Assembly (NCBI GenBank): GCA_951406725.2
Contig: OX597824.1
Span: forward strand, 46,810,001 to 46,874,000
Length of the DNA: 64,000 bases
Source of the DNA: Octopus vulgaris
Taxonomy: Eukaryota
Direction of reading: 5' to 3'
The translations under genes and the position numbers were made by a program. Numbering within the stretch: the first letter of the stretch is position 1; every line of letters starts with the position of its first letter. The notes under the pieces were generated by a model that worked only from the letters and a program-made list of their open reading frames with translations, ran no database searches and was not told the origin of the DNA. Positions 27,691 to 41,069 of the stretch are shown one piece after another.

Positions 27691-27719
27691 AAAATTTTTT
27701 TTATAGAAAAATATGGTCC

Positions 27720-28180
27720 GTTGTCTTCTGCTGAACCGGGGTCATCCCTTGAACCTAGGGTCACAGCAGGTCCTCATCTCATGGAAAGTACTCGACGTAA
27801 AATGTGTTCGGAACCCAGCAACACTATTTTCTGAAGTTCTCCCACGTTAACACTGCAAGGGAGTTTATTGAGCTGCTTATCAAGGCCCTTTTTAATTAGC
27901 CCTAACGCTTCAATCACCTCTGGTTCTGTGCTGCTTTTCATTCCCCACGTCTTGGTCACTTCTATTTCTAGGTCTATGTACTTAAATAACTTCTCAACTT
28001 CTTTAATGGACACATTTCTCTCTGGTGGTACTGTCACATCTATCATTATGTATTTCTTATTCTTCCCATCTTTGATGATTATGTCCGGCGTGTTTGCCTT
28101 GATTTCTTTATCGGTGTTGATTGGCATGTCCCAGAGTACTGTTATCATCTTTTCCGGTCACAGTTTCAGGTTCATGCTGG
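27720..28180 (-). mobile_element. R4/Dong-like 3' fragment 5 (restriction-like endonuclease domain)
   Basis: ORF 27774-28148 reads LWDMPINTDKEIKANTPDIIIKD...IDVTVP...LQKIVLLGS. Confidence 0.85.
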
Positions 28181-28184
28181 AGTG

Positions 28185-29037
28185 AGAATACGACCGTACG
28201 TGAGAAGTTTGGTGACATATTTCTCCTCTTGTACAGCGCACGGCCGCATCCCAACATAACATAACAATGTTATATATAAGCCATAATACATGTTTGTATG
28301 CAGTTCCAGAGTAGATGAATAAAGGACGCCAAAAACCGTTCTACTTTTATAAAGAGAAGATAGATTTTATTCACAGTGTACAAAGTGATTTGTGATTATG
28401 AGCGTAGTGTTGTGTCATCAATGCATGCTTATAATATTTGTGTCTGTGTGTTCATGTGTGCGACAGAAGTACATAATAAGGTGTATGCGAATACAACAGA
28501 GCATGAGAGAAGTCTCAACAATTTGAGTTAAGATGGAGTTATTTTAGAGTTATTTTACCAGTTCATGTAGTACACGATAATGAGTTCTATACAAGATTCT
28601 CAGAGCTGAGATTAGTTGAGTCACATGTTGTGCATATTTTTCTCTTGATATAGATATTCTTTCAGATATATATACTGCAACTGTTTTTCCGTGGTGAGAT
28701 TTTCACACTAACAGCATGAGTTGAATCTGTATTTATCTTGTTGTGTACAAGTTGAAATCTTCGAGGATAGAGACGATGTTGGTGATGACGTTCTGTCTGT
28801 TACTGGTTTACAATAGCGTCTTCATAGTATGGTTGGCTTGGCTGTCGTCTGCCTTTCGAACTGGAACATAGTTAAGTAAGCTCTGTGTGGTCTCCGACCA
28901 AGACCTTAAAGGTCTTAAGCCGAAAGACGGTGAATCATCAAATAATCAGTCTATTTATGGAGTTAGGATGGCTCAAATGAAAGGTCCTATCCGAAAGCCG
29001 TGATTGGTCAGTTTACACACTGGCGCGAAATAAGTAG
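28185..29037 (-). mobile_element. LTR-like repeat, copy A (truncated)
   Basis: Highly similar along its whole length to 35786-36652. Confidence 0.7.
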
Positions 29038-29093
29038 TACTTATAGAGAAAATAGCAAAGTACCAAGACCTAGCCATTAAGTTACAGAGGCTA

Positions 29094-29148
<55 letters not shown>

Positions 29149-29149
29149 G

Positions 29150-32100
29150 CATATACGCACAACATATTACACTGCTGGAAAAAAACTCTAATACAACAAG
29201 TAACCTTAGCTGCCAAGAACCTTCCTAAGTATCCTAGCTATCCCTGATAATAGTTTTCTGGAAATGCACTAAACTAGGCTTTATACCGATTTCCTCTGTC
29301 CATCTGTTCAAATCTTTAGGGATAGTTCCTAATGAACCAATAACTACAGGGATACATTTTACCTGCACTTTACATAGCCTCTGAAACTTAATGGCTAGGT
29401 CTTAGTACTATTTTTTCTATACCTCTCATATTTTTTTCATTATTTGGGATCGTAAAGTCAATTACCGGGCACTTTCTATTCTTCTTGTCTACTACTACTA
29501 AATCAGGCCTTCTAGCTTGTATTACTCTGTCAGTCTAAATGTTAAAATCCCACAATATTTTATATTTCTCACTTTCTAGCACTTTATTATGTTTATGTTC
29601 CTACCACTTATCAGTATGGTCAAACCCTAGCTTTCTACATAACACCCAGTAGATTATTCTCCCTAAGTTATCATATCTTTTCAGGTCTTTTCTTGTATGT
29701 TTTCTGTGCAACCATGCTACATTCACTAACTATATGAGTAACACTTTCGTCTTTTGATTTACATAACCTACATTGGGAATCCACCTGGTTTTTGTTTATC
29801 TTGGCTTTTATCGAATCAGTTCGTAATACTTGATATTGTGCAGCTACCAACCAAATTTTTGTCTCCCTTTTCAGCCTTCCTTTCTGCAACAACAGCCATG
29901 TGCTGTTTTCTGCAACTATCTTTGGAAATCTTTCATGTAAGGTCTTCTCTTGCCAGTCAGATAATCTTGCTTCATTTTTCTGATTTGTAACTACATTTGG
30001 ATTTTAGCCTCCCTATCTCCTACTGTTAGTCTAGCAGCTTTTAATAAAATTCCCTCACTATTACCTACATAGGAGGCTGTGTCTATTCTAGACAACTCCA
30101 CACAGTTTTCTACTGGTTAAACCTTTACCGCCTTCCTTTCTAGGTAAATATAATTTTGCAACTCTTACTCTTGGATCAAGTCCTCCATTCATATTGAATT
30201 CTTTCCTAGTTCCTCTGTCTAATTTTACTAATTCAGATCTTGTCCAATCAACAAAAGCTGCTGAATATCTAAGTATGATACTGCCCAATTATTTACAGCC
30301 TCCACTAGATTCGGACCATTTAGCTTCGACTTCATTAACTTCCTCATTCTCCTGCTGTATTCCTTCTCACTTTTCTCTTTCATTTCTATAGCTAGTACTA
30401 GGTCAGATTCTAATATTCCTAGATACTTATAACTTTCTCCATCTTTCAGTGATTTTAATGTCTGACTATCTGATAATTGCATGCCTTCGCTGTTGACTAC
30501 TAGTCCCTTTTTTATGACAAATATTGCGCACTTATCTATGCCAAATTCCATGCCTATATCTTTGCTGTAGAGTTTTACAGTCTGTATTAAGGAATTTGTC
30601 TCGTTTTTATTCTTACTAAAAAGCTTTAGATCATTACTATCTCTAAACTGATACCCTACCTTTGCCTTTCTTAATACTAAATTGCGGAGAATAAAACATA
30701 AAAAATATTAAGAGATAACGAGTTTCCATGGAAAATTCGTCTCTTGATATTAACTTACCCTAAGGCTGTATCACTTGAGTAGAGATCTACATTCCATTTC
30801 TTTATGCTATAGCAAATTCACTCTCTTATGTTGTCTGCAATACTGAATATTCTGAAACATTTACTTATACACGAGTATTGAATCATGTCATGGGCTTTCT
30901 TATAAATCTTTCCATGCTATTATCAAATTTTTCTTTCGAGATTTCATTTCATTTAGAACAGGTTTGCCTATGTACAATAGATCATGCGTTCCTCCAGCCC
31001 TCTTTCTGCAATCTTTTTGTTCTTCTGACGGTAAATTCTGGCTGTCATGGTGCTTGTAAATGTTTTCTTAGAGCATTCCTGTTAACAGCTTCCACATTAA
31101 TTGTAAGCAAGTGATAGATCAATAATTACTAGATATATTGCCCTTGCTTTTGTCTTTTATGTACTATTCTCCTAGTCATCCAATTCTAGTCATCTTTCAG
31201 TCAGGCAATCCTGAAGTTGTTCTTTCAGTCTGCCATGTAAGCTACTAAATTTTTTTGATCAGTACCCTTGAACTAAATCTGGAACTGGGCCCTTCCAATT
31301 CAGCAGTTTTCTTAACACTTTACTCATTAATGCACTAGTCAGTTTTAGATCTAGCTGCTTCTCACAAACTACTTCTTCCCTCACTTTGTTTAGCCAATGC
31401 TGCATCTCCAGTATGATTAACTGACTTATCTTAAATATGACTCCAGAATTTTCTAGCTTCTGCATTAGGCTTCTCATCTACAGTAGTTTCTTCTACACTA
31501 TTTAGCAGTAAAATCTCCTCTGATATGTTTCAAACAATCTGTTCTGTTGATACTGATCTATTCAATTCCAATATCTTGAAATTTTGTCTGCTATTAGTAT
31601 GATACACTACTTCGCTCTTCCATGACTATCCAAATACTTTCTCTTTGATTAAGTGGGTTTTTTTTCTCAAAACAAGATTTAAATCTTCTGTTTCCTAACT
31701 TGTTCTGTTTCCAAGTTTCTATTCTTCTCAGATCTTGTTTTAAAGTCTTCACTTTATTTCCTCATCTCCTTTTCTGCTTTTGCTTCTTCCTCTTCATACC
31801 TTGAGGAATACCTAGTAACTATATCCCTTCTGTATACTTCAAGTTAGTGTCACCTGTATTTTCAGTATCTATCCTGCTGATAAGAGAATCTATCGTCCTA
31901 GTAATATCTAGCAACTTCCTTCTATTAACACCTATTAATATTGGTAATATTTTTCTTTCTTTTTTACTCACTTCTTCTTTCAACTCATCTAAAATCTTCT
32001 GATCTTCCTCACTTAAGTCGCTGGTGTCAATTTTCCCATACTGATTGGTGGTGCTATTATTTTTTCCTGTAGATTCTTCTGTGACTTGAACTGTATCACT

Positions 32101-32172
32101 TACGTTGGTTGTCCGTTCTACTTCTTGGTCTCTGTTTCTTTTTAGTCCTCTTGTGATTTCTCCTACCTCCAA
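29150..32172 (-). mobile_element. R4/Dong-like fragment 6 (longest, decayed)
   Basis: NWKGPVPDLVQGY, MEFGIDKCA...YKYLGILE, KLYLPRKEGGKGL, CRLCKSKDESVTHIVSEC; (TTA)n at both ends. Confidence 0.85.
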
Positions 32173-32173
32173 T

Positions 32174-32296
<123 letters not shown>

Positions 32297-32319
32297 TTAT
32301 TGGTTGTTATTGCTGATTT

Positions 32320-32515
32320 AAGGCGGCGAACTGGCAGAGTCGTTAGCACGCTGGACGAAATGCTTGGCGTTATTTCGCCCGTTGCTACGTTCTGAGTTCA
32401 AGTTCCGCCGAGGTCGACTTTGCCTTTCATCTTTTCAGGGTCTATGTAATCGACTAGTCCCCTCCCTACAAATTTCAGACCTTTTGCCTCAGTAGAAAGG
32501 ATTGTTATTATTATT
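32320..32515 (+). mobile_element. SINE family B copy
   Basis: AAGGCGGCGAACTGGCAGAGTCGTTAGCACG...GTTCTGAGTTCAAGTTCCGCCGAGGTCGACTTTGCCTTTCATC with an (ATT)n tail. Confidence 0.8.
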
Positions 32516-32984
32516 TGTGTCTGGAGTAAGAGGACGCGTGTCCGTGGCCCGTAAGTTTTCGTTAAAATGTGTTGTTTTATTAGTTGGTATTCCAAATTTT
32601 CTTGAACCTTTTGCTAAGTAATCTAGCGAGCTGTTCCGGTGAGAATTCGCCCTTTGAGGGAGAATTTTGAGATTTAAAACCTAAATTATCAATATGGCTT
32701 CTCAAATCGAGGGAAACAATAGCTGTTGGCATAGCCGCTTTGATACTTTTCTCCCACCGCTAGTCACTGCGGCCTAGAAACGATGCAAAAACAGCAACAG
32801 CAGCAACTACAACAACAGTAACAGCAGCAGCAGCAGCAGCAGTGACGAGCAAGATATTTATTTTTAAAATGACACAAGCACGACTTCCACCATCATCTCT
32901 AACACCAACACCAACACCACTAGCACCGCCACCACCACTACCACTACCACAAATGTTAATAAAACGATAACAACGGCTGTTCTT

Positions 32985-33361
32985 TATTCTTTTATTCTTT
33001 TACATGTTTCAGTCATGTGACTTCAGCCATGCTAGAGCACCGCCTTTAGTCGAACAAATCGACCCCAAGACTTATTCTTTGTAAGCCTAGTACGTGTTCT
33101 ATCAGTCTCTTTGCCAAACCGCTAAGTTACGGGGACGTAAACACACCAACATCGGTTGTCAAGGCTGCTGGGGGAAGAAACACAGACACACAAATACATA
33201 CACACAAATACATACACACAAACATATATGACGGGTTTCTTTCAGTTTCCGTCTACCAAATCCGCTCACAAGCTTTTGGTCGGCCCGAGGCTGTAATAGA
33301 AGACACTTGCCCAAGGTGCCACACAGTGGGACTGAACCCGGAACCATGTGGTTGGGAAGCA
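32985..33361 (-). mobile_element. SINE family A copy
   Basis: Reverse complement of the family A head and body. Confidence 0.8.
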
Positions 33362-33647
33362 CATGGACTTTCGCGCCGGGGCCTATAGATAAACTCAAGA
33401 ATTCCTTGGCCTGGCGGTGCTATAGTGGGCATTGCCGGTTCGAAATAAATTCTATAGGCATGAAAGTGCCGTCAGCTGATCTTGTCCGAAATATGCACAG
33501 AGCAACGAAACGAGTGTTCTGCACACTCTCGTCCAGTGCCCGAGCATTGCTGACATCTGGTGGGTTTATGTCGATCACCCGCTGTCACATGTCGGACGGA
33601 TCTGGTTATCGGCTGAGTCCATTGTGAAGATCGTCTCGTCGCCAGGA
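33362..33647 (+). mobile_element. Tx1/L1-like ORF2 C-terminal (zinc-finger) fragment, cut by the gap
   Basis: ALPVRNKFYRH...ETSVLHTLVQCPSIADIW...LSAESIVKI; related to 43440-44690 and 63575-63950. Confidence 0.6.
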
Positions 33648-33747
33648 NNNNNNNNNNNNNNNNNNNNNNNNNNNNNNNNNNNNNNNNNNNNNNNNNNNNN
33701 NNNNNNNNNNNNNNNNNNNNNNNNNNNNNNNNNNNNNNNNNNNNNNN
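33648..33747. other. Assembly gap (100 N, probably of unknown size)
   Basis: Run of exactly 100 N. Confidence 0.98.
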
Positions 33748-33779
33748 TATTATTATTAAAATCATTATTATTGTTGTTG

Positions 33780-33844
<65 letters not shown>

Positions 33845-33860
33845 AACAGGAAAACCCCTT

Positions 33861-34110
33861 ATGGCTATCGCTGCTGTTGCATTACTGGCTATCTTGCTGT
33901 CTAGTTTCACCAACATCATTGCCAAAAACCAAGATATCCTCTGTACCCCTAACTCCACCAAGTATGTTCGTCACCCGATCGATTGCAGACGTTGGTTCCG
34001 CTGTAGCTCAAAACCAATGGTAGAAATGCCTCGCTGCATGCTCGGGAAGAGGTTTAGCTTGAAAACTTCGTCGTGTGTGGCAATTACTGACCCTAACAAT
34101 GACTGTAGAG
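33861..34110 (+). CDS. Coding exon A: signal peptide plus peritrophin-A/CBM14 chitin-binding domain of a secreted Cys-rich protein
   Basis: MAIAAVALLAILLSSFTNIIA then C-x13-C-x5-C-x10-C-x12-C-x9-C with HPIDC..WF.C and G..F. Acceptor AACAG at 33845-33849; phase-1 donor AG|GTAAGT at 34111. Confidence 0.9.
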
Positions 34111-34349
34111 GTAAGTAACTGAAAATCAGTGTCAATATGTTTTTTTTATATTTTCAATGTTCTGGCATTTACTGTTAACACCAAAGAGGTTTTGCTGATT
34201 TTGATGATGGGAATCTTGTTTAAGAAGCAGCTTGTGGTGGTGGTGGTGGTGTAGTAGCAGCAGTGAAATTACTGCTATGGACTTCAATGCATTTTGGGAA
34301 ATCCAGATATACAACCATTTCAATAACTTAAATTGTTCAACACACACAG

Positions 34350-34503
34350 AGGTTTGACTGTGTGGTAAGAAACTTGCTTCCCAACCAGATGGTTCTGGAT
34401 TCAGTCCAACTGCATGGCACTTTGAGCAATTGTCTTCTACTATAGCCTCAGGCTGACCAAAGCGTTGTGGATTTGGTAGATAGAAACTGAAAGCAGCCCG
34501 TAG

Positions 34504-34556
<53 letters not shown>

Positions 34557-34740
34557 CATTTGTGTCTTTGTGTATGTGCTTATCCCTCAACCACCGCTTG
34601 ATAACCGGTGTTGGTGTGTTTACGTTCTCATAACATAGCGGTTCGCCAAAATGGATCGATAGAATAAGTACCAGGCTTTACAAACAAAGGCGCTGCCCCA
34701 GCATAACACCAGTCTAATCACTGAAAGGGGTAGAAGAAAG
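34350..34740 (+). mobile_element. SINE family A copy (intronic)
   Basis: Family A head and body. Confidence 0.75.
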
Positions 34741-35782
34741 GACACACGGACACACAGACACACACACACACAGAAAAAGAATCAGCACTCATAAATTATA
34801 TGAAATATATATAAAAGATGTTCTAAGTGTCAAGACATATTACAAATTCTCGTTAACAAATGTACTAAAAGCAGTTCTTGTTCAGCATACTTTGATGTGA
34901 ACTCATTATCTACTACAGTTAAATCAACTAGTTGTTGTCCCATTATTCTATGACATAGATATATTCATTTCAATTTTTGGCACAAAGCTAGCAATTTCGA
35001 TGAGTGGTAAGTCAATTACATCGACCCCAAGTGTTCAACAGGTATTTATTTAATCAAGCCCCGGAAGGATGAAAGACAAAGGCGACGGAACTTGAATTTG
35101 AACGTGAAGACGGACGAAATACGCTAAGCATTTTGCTCTGTGTTCAAATGATTCTGCCTGCTCACCGTCTTATGACAGTTTACTATCGCAATTGAATAAG
35201 GCCAAGTTTGGGATATTGTTAACCAACGTCAAGTTTTAAATCGGCGGACGGGTGGAATAGTGGTCATTCCAGTGAAACTGTTGCTGATGGAATTGATGGG
35301 ATTAAATTCCATTTTCGTGGAATTCCACCAAGCATATTTGTTCTGAAAGTAGATTAAAGGGATATCCTTTAGATTTGTTGCCTAAAAGGAAAGAATACTA
35401 ACAATGAGTCGAAACTACCGTGGGATTACTAGGAATTCTCCAACTATCACAATACAGCTTATTATTATTATTCACAGCATTAATCTGTGTTTCTCCCGAC
35501 CGAGGATTAGTTCTTTAGTCAATGAACGTTAATTTGCTATTTTTGAAACGCACTCAAACACCAAAGTCACACATGTTTCATTTCCCATTCATTTAGTGGT
35601 GGCGATTGTCTTACAAGCAATGAGCTAGCCAGAAATGGCTGACATTATACTCTCTTGCTTTGTCTTACTTAGTTTATTCTTACATAATTTTGTTAGCAGA
35701 ATTTTTTGCCTTAAATATAAACTAAAGTAAAAATCATATTTAGTCATTTGTTTTTAGTGTTGGAATCGTCGGGGTCACCACT

Positions 35783-36752
35783 TGTTAGAATACGACCGTA
35801 CGCGAGGTGTTTCGGTGACATATTTCTCCTCTTGTTCAGCGCACGGCCGCATCTCAACATAACATAATATAACATAATATAATATAATGTTATATAAGCC
35901 ATAATACATGTTTATAAACAGTGCCAAGGTATATGAAATAAAGACTCCAAAAACCGTTCTACTTTTATAAAGAGAAGATAGATTTTATTCAGTGTACAAA
36001 GTGATTTGTTATTATTAGCGTAGTGTTGTGTCATGAATGCATGCTTATAATATTTGTGTCTGTGTGTTCGTGTGTGCTACAGAAGTACAGAAATAAGGTG
36101 TATGCAAATACAACAGAACATGAGAGAAGTCTCAACAATTTGAGTTAAAATGGAGTTATTTTAGAGTTATTTTACCAGTTCATGTAGTACACGATAATGA
36201 GTTCTATACAAGATTCTCAGAGCTGAGATTAGTTGAGTCACTTGTTGTGCATATTTTTCTCTTGATATAGATATTCTTTCAGATATATATACTGCAACTG
36301 TTTTTCCGTGGTGAGATTTTCACACTAACAGCATGAGTTGAATCTGTATTTATCTTGTGTACAAGTTGAAATCTTCGTAGATGGAGACGATGTTGGTGAT
36401 GATGTTATGTCTGTCGCTGGTTTACAATAGCGTCTTCATATTATGGTTGGCTTGGCTGTCGTCTGCCTTTCGAACTGGAACATAGTTAAGTAAGCTCTGT
36501 GTTGTCTCCGACCAAGACCTTAAAAGGTCTTAAGCCGAAAGACGTTGAATCGTGATATGATCAGCCTATTTAAAGAGTTAAGATGGCTCAAATGAAAAGT
36601 CCTATCCGAAAGCCGTGATTGGTCAGTTTACACACTGGCGCGAAATAGGTAGAGACAGACCGCGCTTAGATGCTAACCAATCAGATCAGAGGACACAACA
36701 AGGTTAAACTAGCCAAAGATGTTTGTAATCTCAAACGAGATCATTCTTAATA
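35783..36752 (-). mobile_element. LTR-like repeat, copy B (probable solo LTR)
   Basis: Starts TGTTAGAAT and ends with an imperfect ATTCTTAATA. On the minus strand CCAAT, a TATA-like TTTAAATAG and AATAAA occur in LTR order. No TSD seen. Confidence 0.6.
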
Positions 36753-36799
36753 TTTTTCTCAAACAGTGAAGATAGCAATGAAGAAAACAATATTGCTAC

Positions 36800-38663
36800 A
36801 TTAGCATCCAACTAAAAGATGATAAAACCATAACAAAGAGGCAGATAAAGGAAAGACAGTAGTCCTAATGAGCACGAGGGACTATAAAAATCTAGTACTA
36901 TCTCTATTAGTGAATGACACACATTACGAAAAGGCCCAATACTATAGCCAACATAAAATAATTAATAATTTCAGGACATTAATTAATTCATACCGAAAAG
37001 GACTCACAGACAAGGAATATGATTACATTACCAACTTCAAGAGTAAATCAAGTGTATTCTATGGTATCCCCCAAATCCACAAAAGCAGAATGATAAGCGA
37101 GGCATGCAAAGAAGCTACAGACATAATCATCAAGGTCCTCATACCTGATGACCTGAAACTAAGACCAATAATAGCTGGTCCAGCATGCGAAACCCACCGC
37201 ATCAGCAACTTCCTGGACACTCTACTAAAATTCTTCCTCAAACACATCAAGAGATATATAAGGGGTGGCCTGGACATGCTCAACCACCTCCCAAAAACGG
37301 TCAATGAGAAAACACTGCTAGTATCCTTCGACGTAGTCAGCCTATATTCAAACATCCCCCACACTCTAAGAATAGAAGCCATCACATTCTGGTTAGACAA
37401 TTACGCCTATGAACTTCCCTCTCGCATTAAAAAAGAACTCATAATAGAAGGAATAAGATTTATCCTAGAAAACAATTATTTTTATATTTAACAATGACTA
37501 AATCGGGGACTGCAATGGGAACACGGACTGCACCTTCTTTTGCGAACCTGGTAATGGACTATCTCGAGATTAAACTATACCAGAGAACACTCAAGAAATA
37601 CAGAAACTCCTTTTCGACCTACATTCAAAACAACTGGAAAAGATATCTCGATGACTGCTTCATGATCTGGAATGAAAGTATAGAAAAACTTAACGAATTC
37701 CGAATACTTCTTAATGGTGTAAATGAAAACCTTCAATTTACGATAGATTACAACCAGGAACAACTACCTTATTAAGAAAGTCGGGAACAAAATAGAGACA
37801 GATATCTATTACAAACCCACGGACTCGAAACAGTACCTGCCATTTGATTCTTGCCGCCCGAGACACATCAGAATTAATATCCCATTTTGTTTAGCCAAAA
37901 GAATATGCACAATAGTATCAGACGCAAACACCCGTTACACACGATTCCAAGAATTGAAAGCCACACTCATCAATAGGAATTACCCACAACCCTTAATCGA
38001 CAATACGATCCAATGAGCACTTAAATTAAATACACAAGAATTTAGACAACCAAGACCAAAGACCCTGCCTTACATTTCCACACACAACCCACATAACAAT
38101 GAGGCCTTCAACACTATATTCCACAGCACTGCTCTACTCAAGAGAGACCCAAAGATGAATCAAGTCCTCAAAACACACAATCATCAACAGTAAGGGAAAA
38201 CCAAAATCAACAAAAAAGATTTTAACCCAGGCCAAATTACACACAACAATAACCATTAAGCCGACAGTAAAAAAAATGCGGGAGACCCAAATGTGGGGTT
38301 TGTATCGACAATATGTTTCTTTATTAGCCAAGGCCATAATTTCACCATAAAAACAAATTTTACATGTGCATCGGAGAACTTGATTTACTTAATTACATGC
38401 TCAGAGTGTAAACCGCTATATATTGGACACACAAAAAACAGCCTACGTCAGAAGATGGCGGTGCAAAAATCTCAAATTTGAATTCTGGAATACAGGAAAA
38501 TACCTCTCAGCCAGCACATCGATGACTGTACTTTCAACAAATTTCCCAAATTCACAACGCTTCCACTGTACAAAATCAAAGACAATGCTAGCCAAAATGA
38601 ACGCATTAGCAAGGAAATGCATTTTATAAGAAAATATCAACCGAATCTAAATTCTCTAAACTA
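36800..38663 (+). mobile_element. Penelope-like element (RT + GIY-YIG endonuclease), decayed
   Basis: ADKGKTVVLM, LRPIIAG, VSFDVVSLYSNIP, GTAMGTRTAPSFANL, KRYLDDCF, FTCASENLIYLITCSECKPLYIGHT; several stops and frameshifts. Confidence 0.92.
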
Positions 38664-39316
38664 GCAACACTGAGATTTATATATATATATATATATATAC
38701 ATATGTATGTACGTATGTGTGTATATACATATGTGTATGTGTGTATTTATGTATGTATATATATGTGTATAGGTGCATATATGTATATATGCATGGGTTT
38801 GTGTGTGTGTATACGTATGTGTATGTATTTGTATATATATATATATATGTTTGTATATATATGTATGTATATGTATATGTATATGTATATATATGAGTGT
38901 GTGTATGTATCTGTATCTGTGTGTATATATATGTATGTGTGTGTGTGTATACGGGTGAGTGTGTATATTTATGTGTGTATAAGAAATAAAGACAAGGGGT
39001 CGATGAACCTGATTTCTATTAAAACCCCAGGGGGAACAACTTCATCATGACGACTATTATTATTACTGCCGCCAGTTATTCGACGGCTACATCCACTCCT
39101 AAGAAAACAAGTCTTGATCATACTATTCAATTTACAAAAACAGATAGTAGTAATTTGCAGTCACAGTCAGTTGAACTTGTCATGCTACCAGAACTAAAGG
39201 ATATTATCATGTATTTCTTGCAGGAAAAAGGAAAGTAAACTATGAATGTTAATCTTAATTTTAATTTAATTTTTTTAATAATTCTTTTCTCTTTATATAT
39301 TCCATTTTAGTACATA

Positions 39317-39354
39317 TTTTTGATAAGGTTTTTCAAAAACCGAAACATGTAAAA
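39317..39354 (+). ncRNA. Minimal hammerhead-like motif with U3-A8 core (HHR-4), 3' of the Penelope ORF
   Basis: TTT-TTGATAA-GGTTT-ttcaa-AAACC-GAAAC-AT-GTA-AAA. Palindromic ACATGT stem III; stem I only 3 bp. Confidence 0.55.
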
Positions 39355-39444
39355 GGAAAATTAAAATGTACCCAATTTTAAGTAGCATTTTCGTTCTTGT
39401 TTTTCACAAATATCTACTTACTCGTATATTACCTCTACAAATCT

Positions 39445-39520
<76 letters not shown>

Positions 39521-39767
39521 GTGGCTGTGTGGGTGCCTTTGTGTATGTCCCCACCACTGCTTGACAACCAGTGTTGGTGTGTTTACGTCCCCATAACTTA
39601 GCAGTTCGACAAAAGAGATCGATAGAATAAGTACCAGATTTTACAAAAAAAAAAAAACAAGTACTGCGGTCGATAAGTTCGAGTAAAATTCTTCAATGTG
39701 GTGCCCCAGTATGGGCGTAGTCTATTGACTGAAACAAATAAAAGATAAAAGATAAAAAAAAGATATA

Positions 39768-39970
39768 CAGTAATCCCTCGCCATATCTCGGTTCATCTAT
39801 CGCGGTTTATTATTTAAGTTTACGTCGATTCCTCCGTGGTGTTGTTTTGAATTTATAGTAAAATAAATATATACAAATTATAAAAAAATAATATACAGTA
39901 CAGTACTGTTTCTACTTCGTGGAATTTCACCTATCGCGGGGGTTTTGAACGTAACACCCGCGAGGATTGC
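39768..39970. mobile_element. Tigger/pogo-like MITE remnant
   Basis: TA|CAGTAATCCCTCG start, degenerate CGCGAGGATTG end, internal CTATCGCGG repeats. Confidence 0.55.
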
Positions 39971-40100
39971 CATATCTAATGTTTCTGTCATTATCTAATT
40001 GAAGTCTCCGCCGTCGGCAAGATTAAGTTGAAAATTAGTTGTGATCTTAATTTAATTTCAGTTCCTGGAGGGACTTCTTTCACTTTGTTAACATCCCTAC

Positions 40101-40147
<47 letters not shown>

Positions 40148-41069
40148 TCTGAGTGATCCATGAAGATCATACATTCACATCAAGCTGATCATTTCGCGTG
40201 GGTCTCTGTGCTTTGTTACTATAAACATCAGTCAGGTTATATAAAGAAGGTAGTATTATCTTTTATTTTTCCCATTCTTTCATTTAATGCTTTGACAAAG
40301 AACAAGATTAAAGCCGGTGGTGTTCAGTCAATATTTTTTTAGAAAATGGGCGAAAGCCCAGAGCAGGCGTTTTCTTTTGTGTGATATATTTTAAACATCC
40401 TACGATTTTTAGTGCCATTATAGTATTTCCGATTTGAAGGAGCGGCGCATATATCAGTAGAGTGCATAACTATTTTGTATGCAGTTCAAGCTGGTGAACG
40501 GATGTCATGAGGAAAAGCAATAAGAATGTCTTTCTGCATTTCCTTTCCCCTTTATTGTTGCTGTTGTTTTGCTGTTATTGCTGACAGAATCGACAGAACG
40601 CCCAACAGAGTACTATGCAGTGTTTAATTGCGTCTCTTTGATGAATCTCAATGGTTGCTTTAATCTTTCCGTAGTTGCTAAACTAAATACTGGGCCTCTG
40701 ACGAATTGTGTGGTCTTGCACCAACGTAAAAATAGATATTGTCGTCGTCGTCGTCTTTTTCATAACTATTGTCGTCGTCGTGATTACCGTTATGGGCGTC
40801 GTTGTTGTCATCGTCGGCATCATCATCATCATCATTGTCGTCGTCATCGTCGTCGTCGTCATTGTTCTTATAACTGGCCAATGTCATGGAATATAAACAT
40901 AATTAGACATAATATTTTGAAAATTGAAAATTATCAAATTAGATATTGGGATAAAAGAAAAATACTGACTTGGAATTCAACAAGGAAAAGAATATTGATT
41001 GTTAAACATAATAGCTCTCAAGCATATAGAAATACGTACTGAAATCGATCCCATCACAGCTGCAATCTC

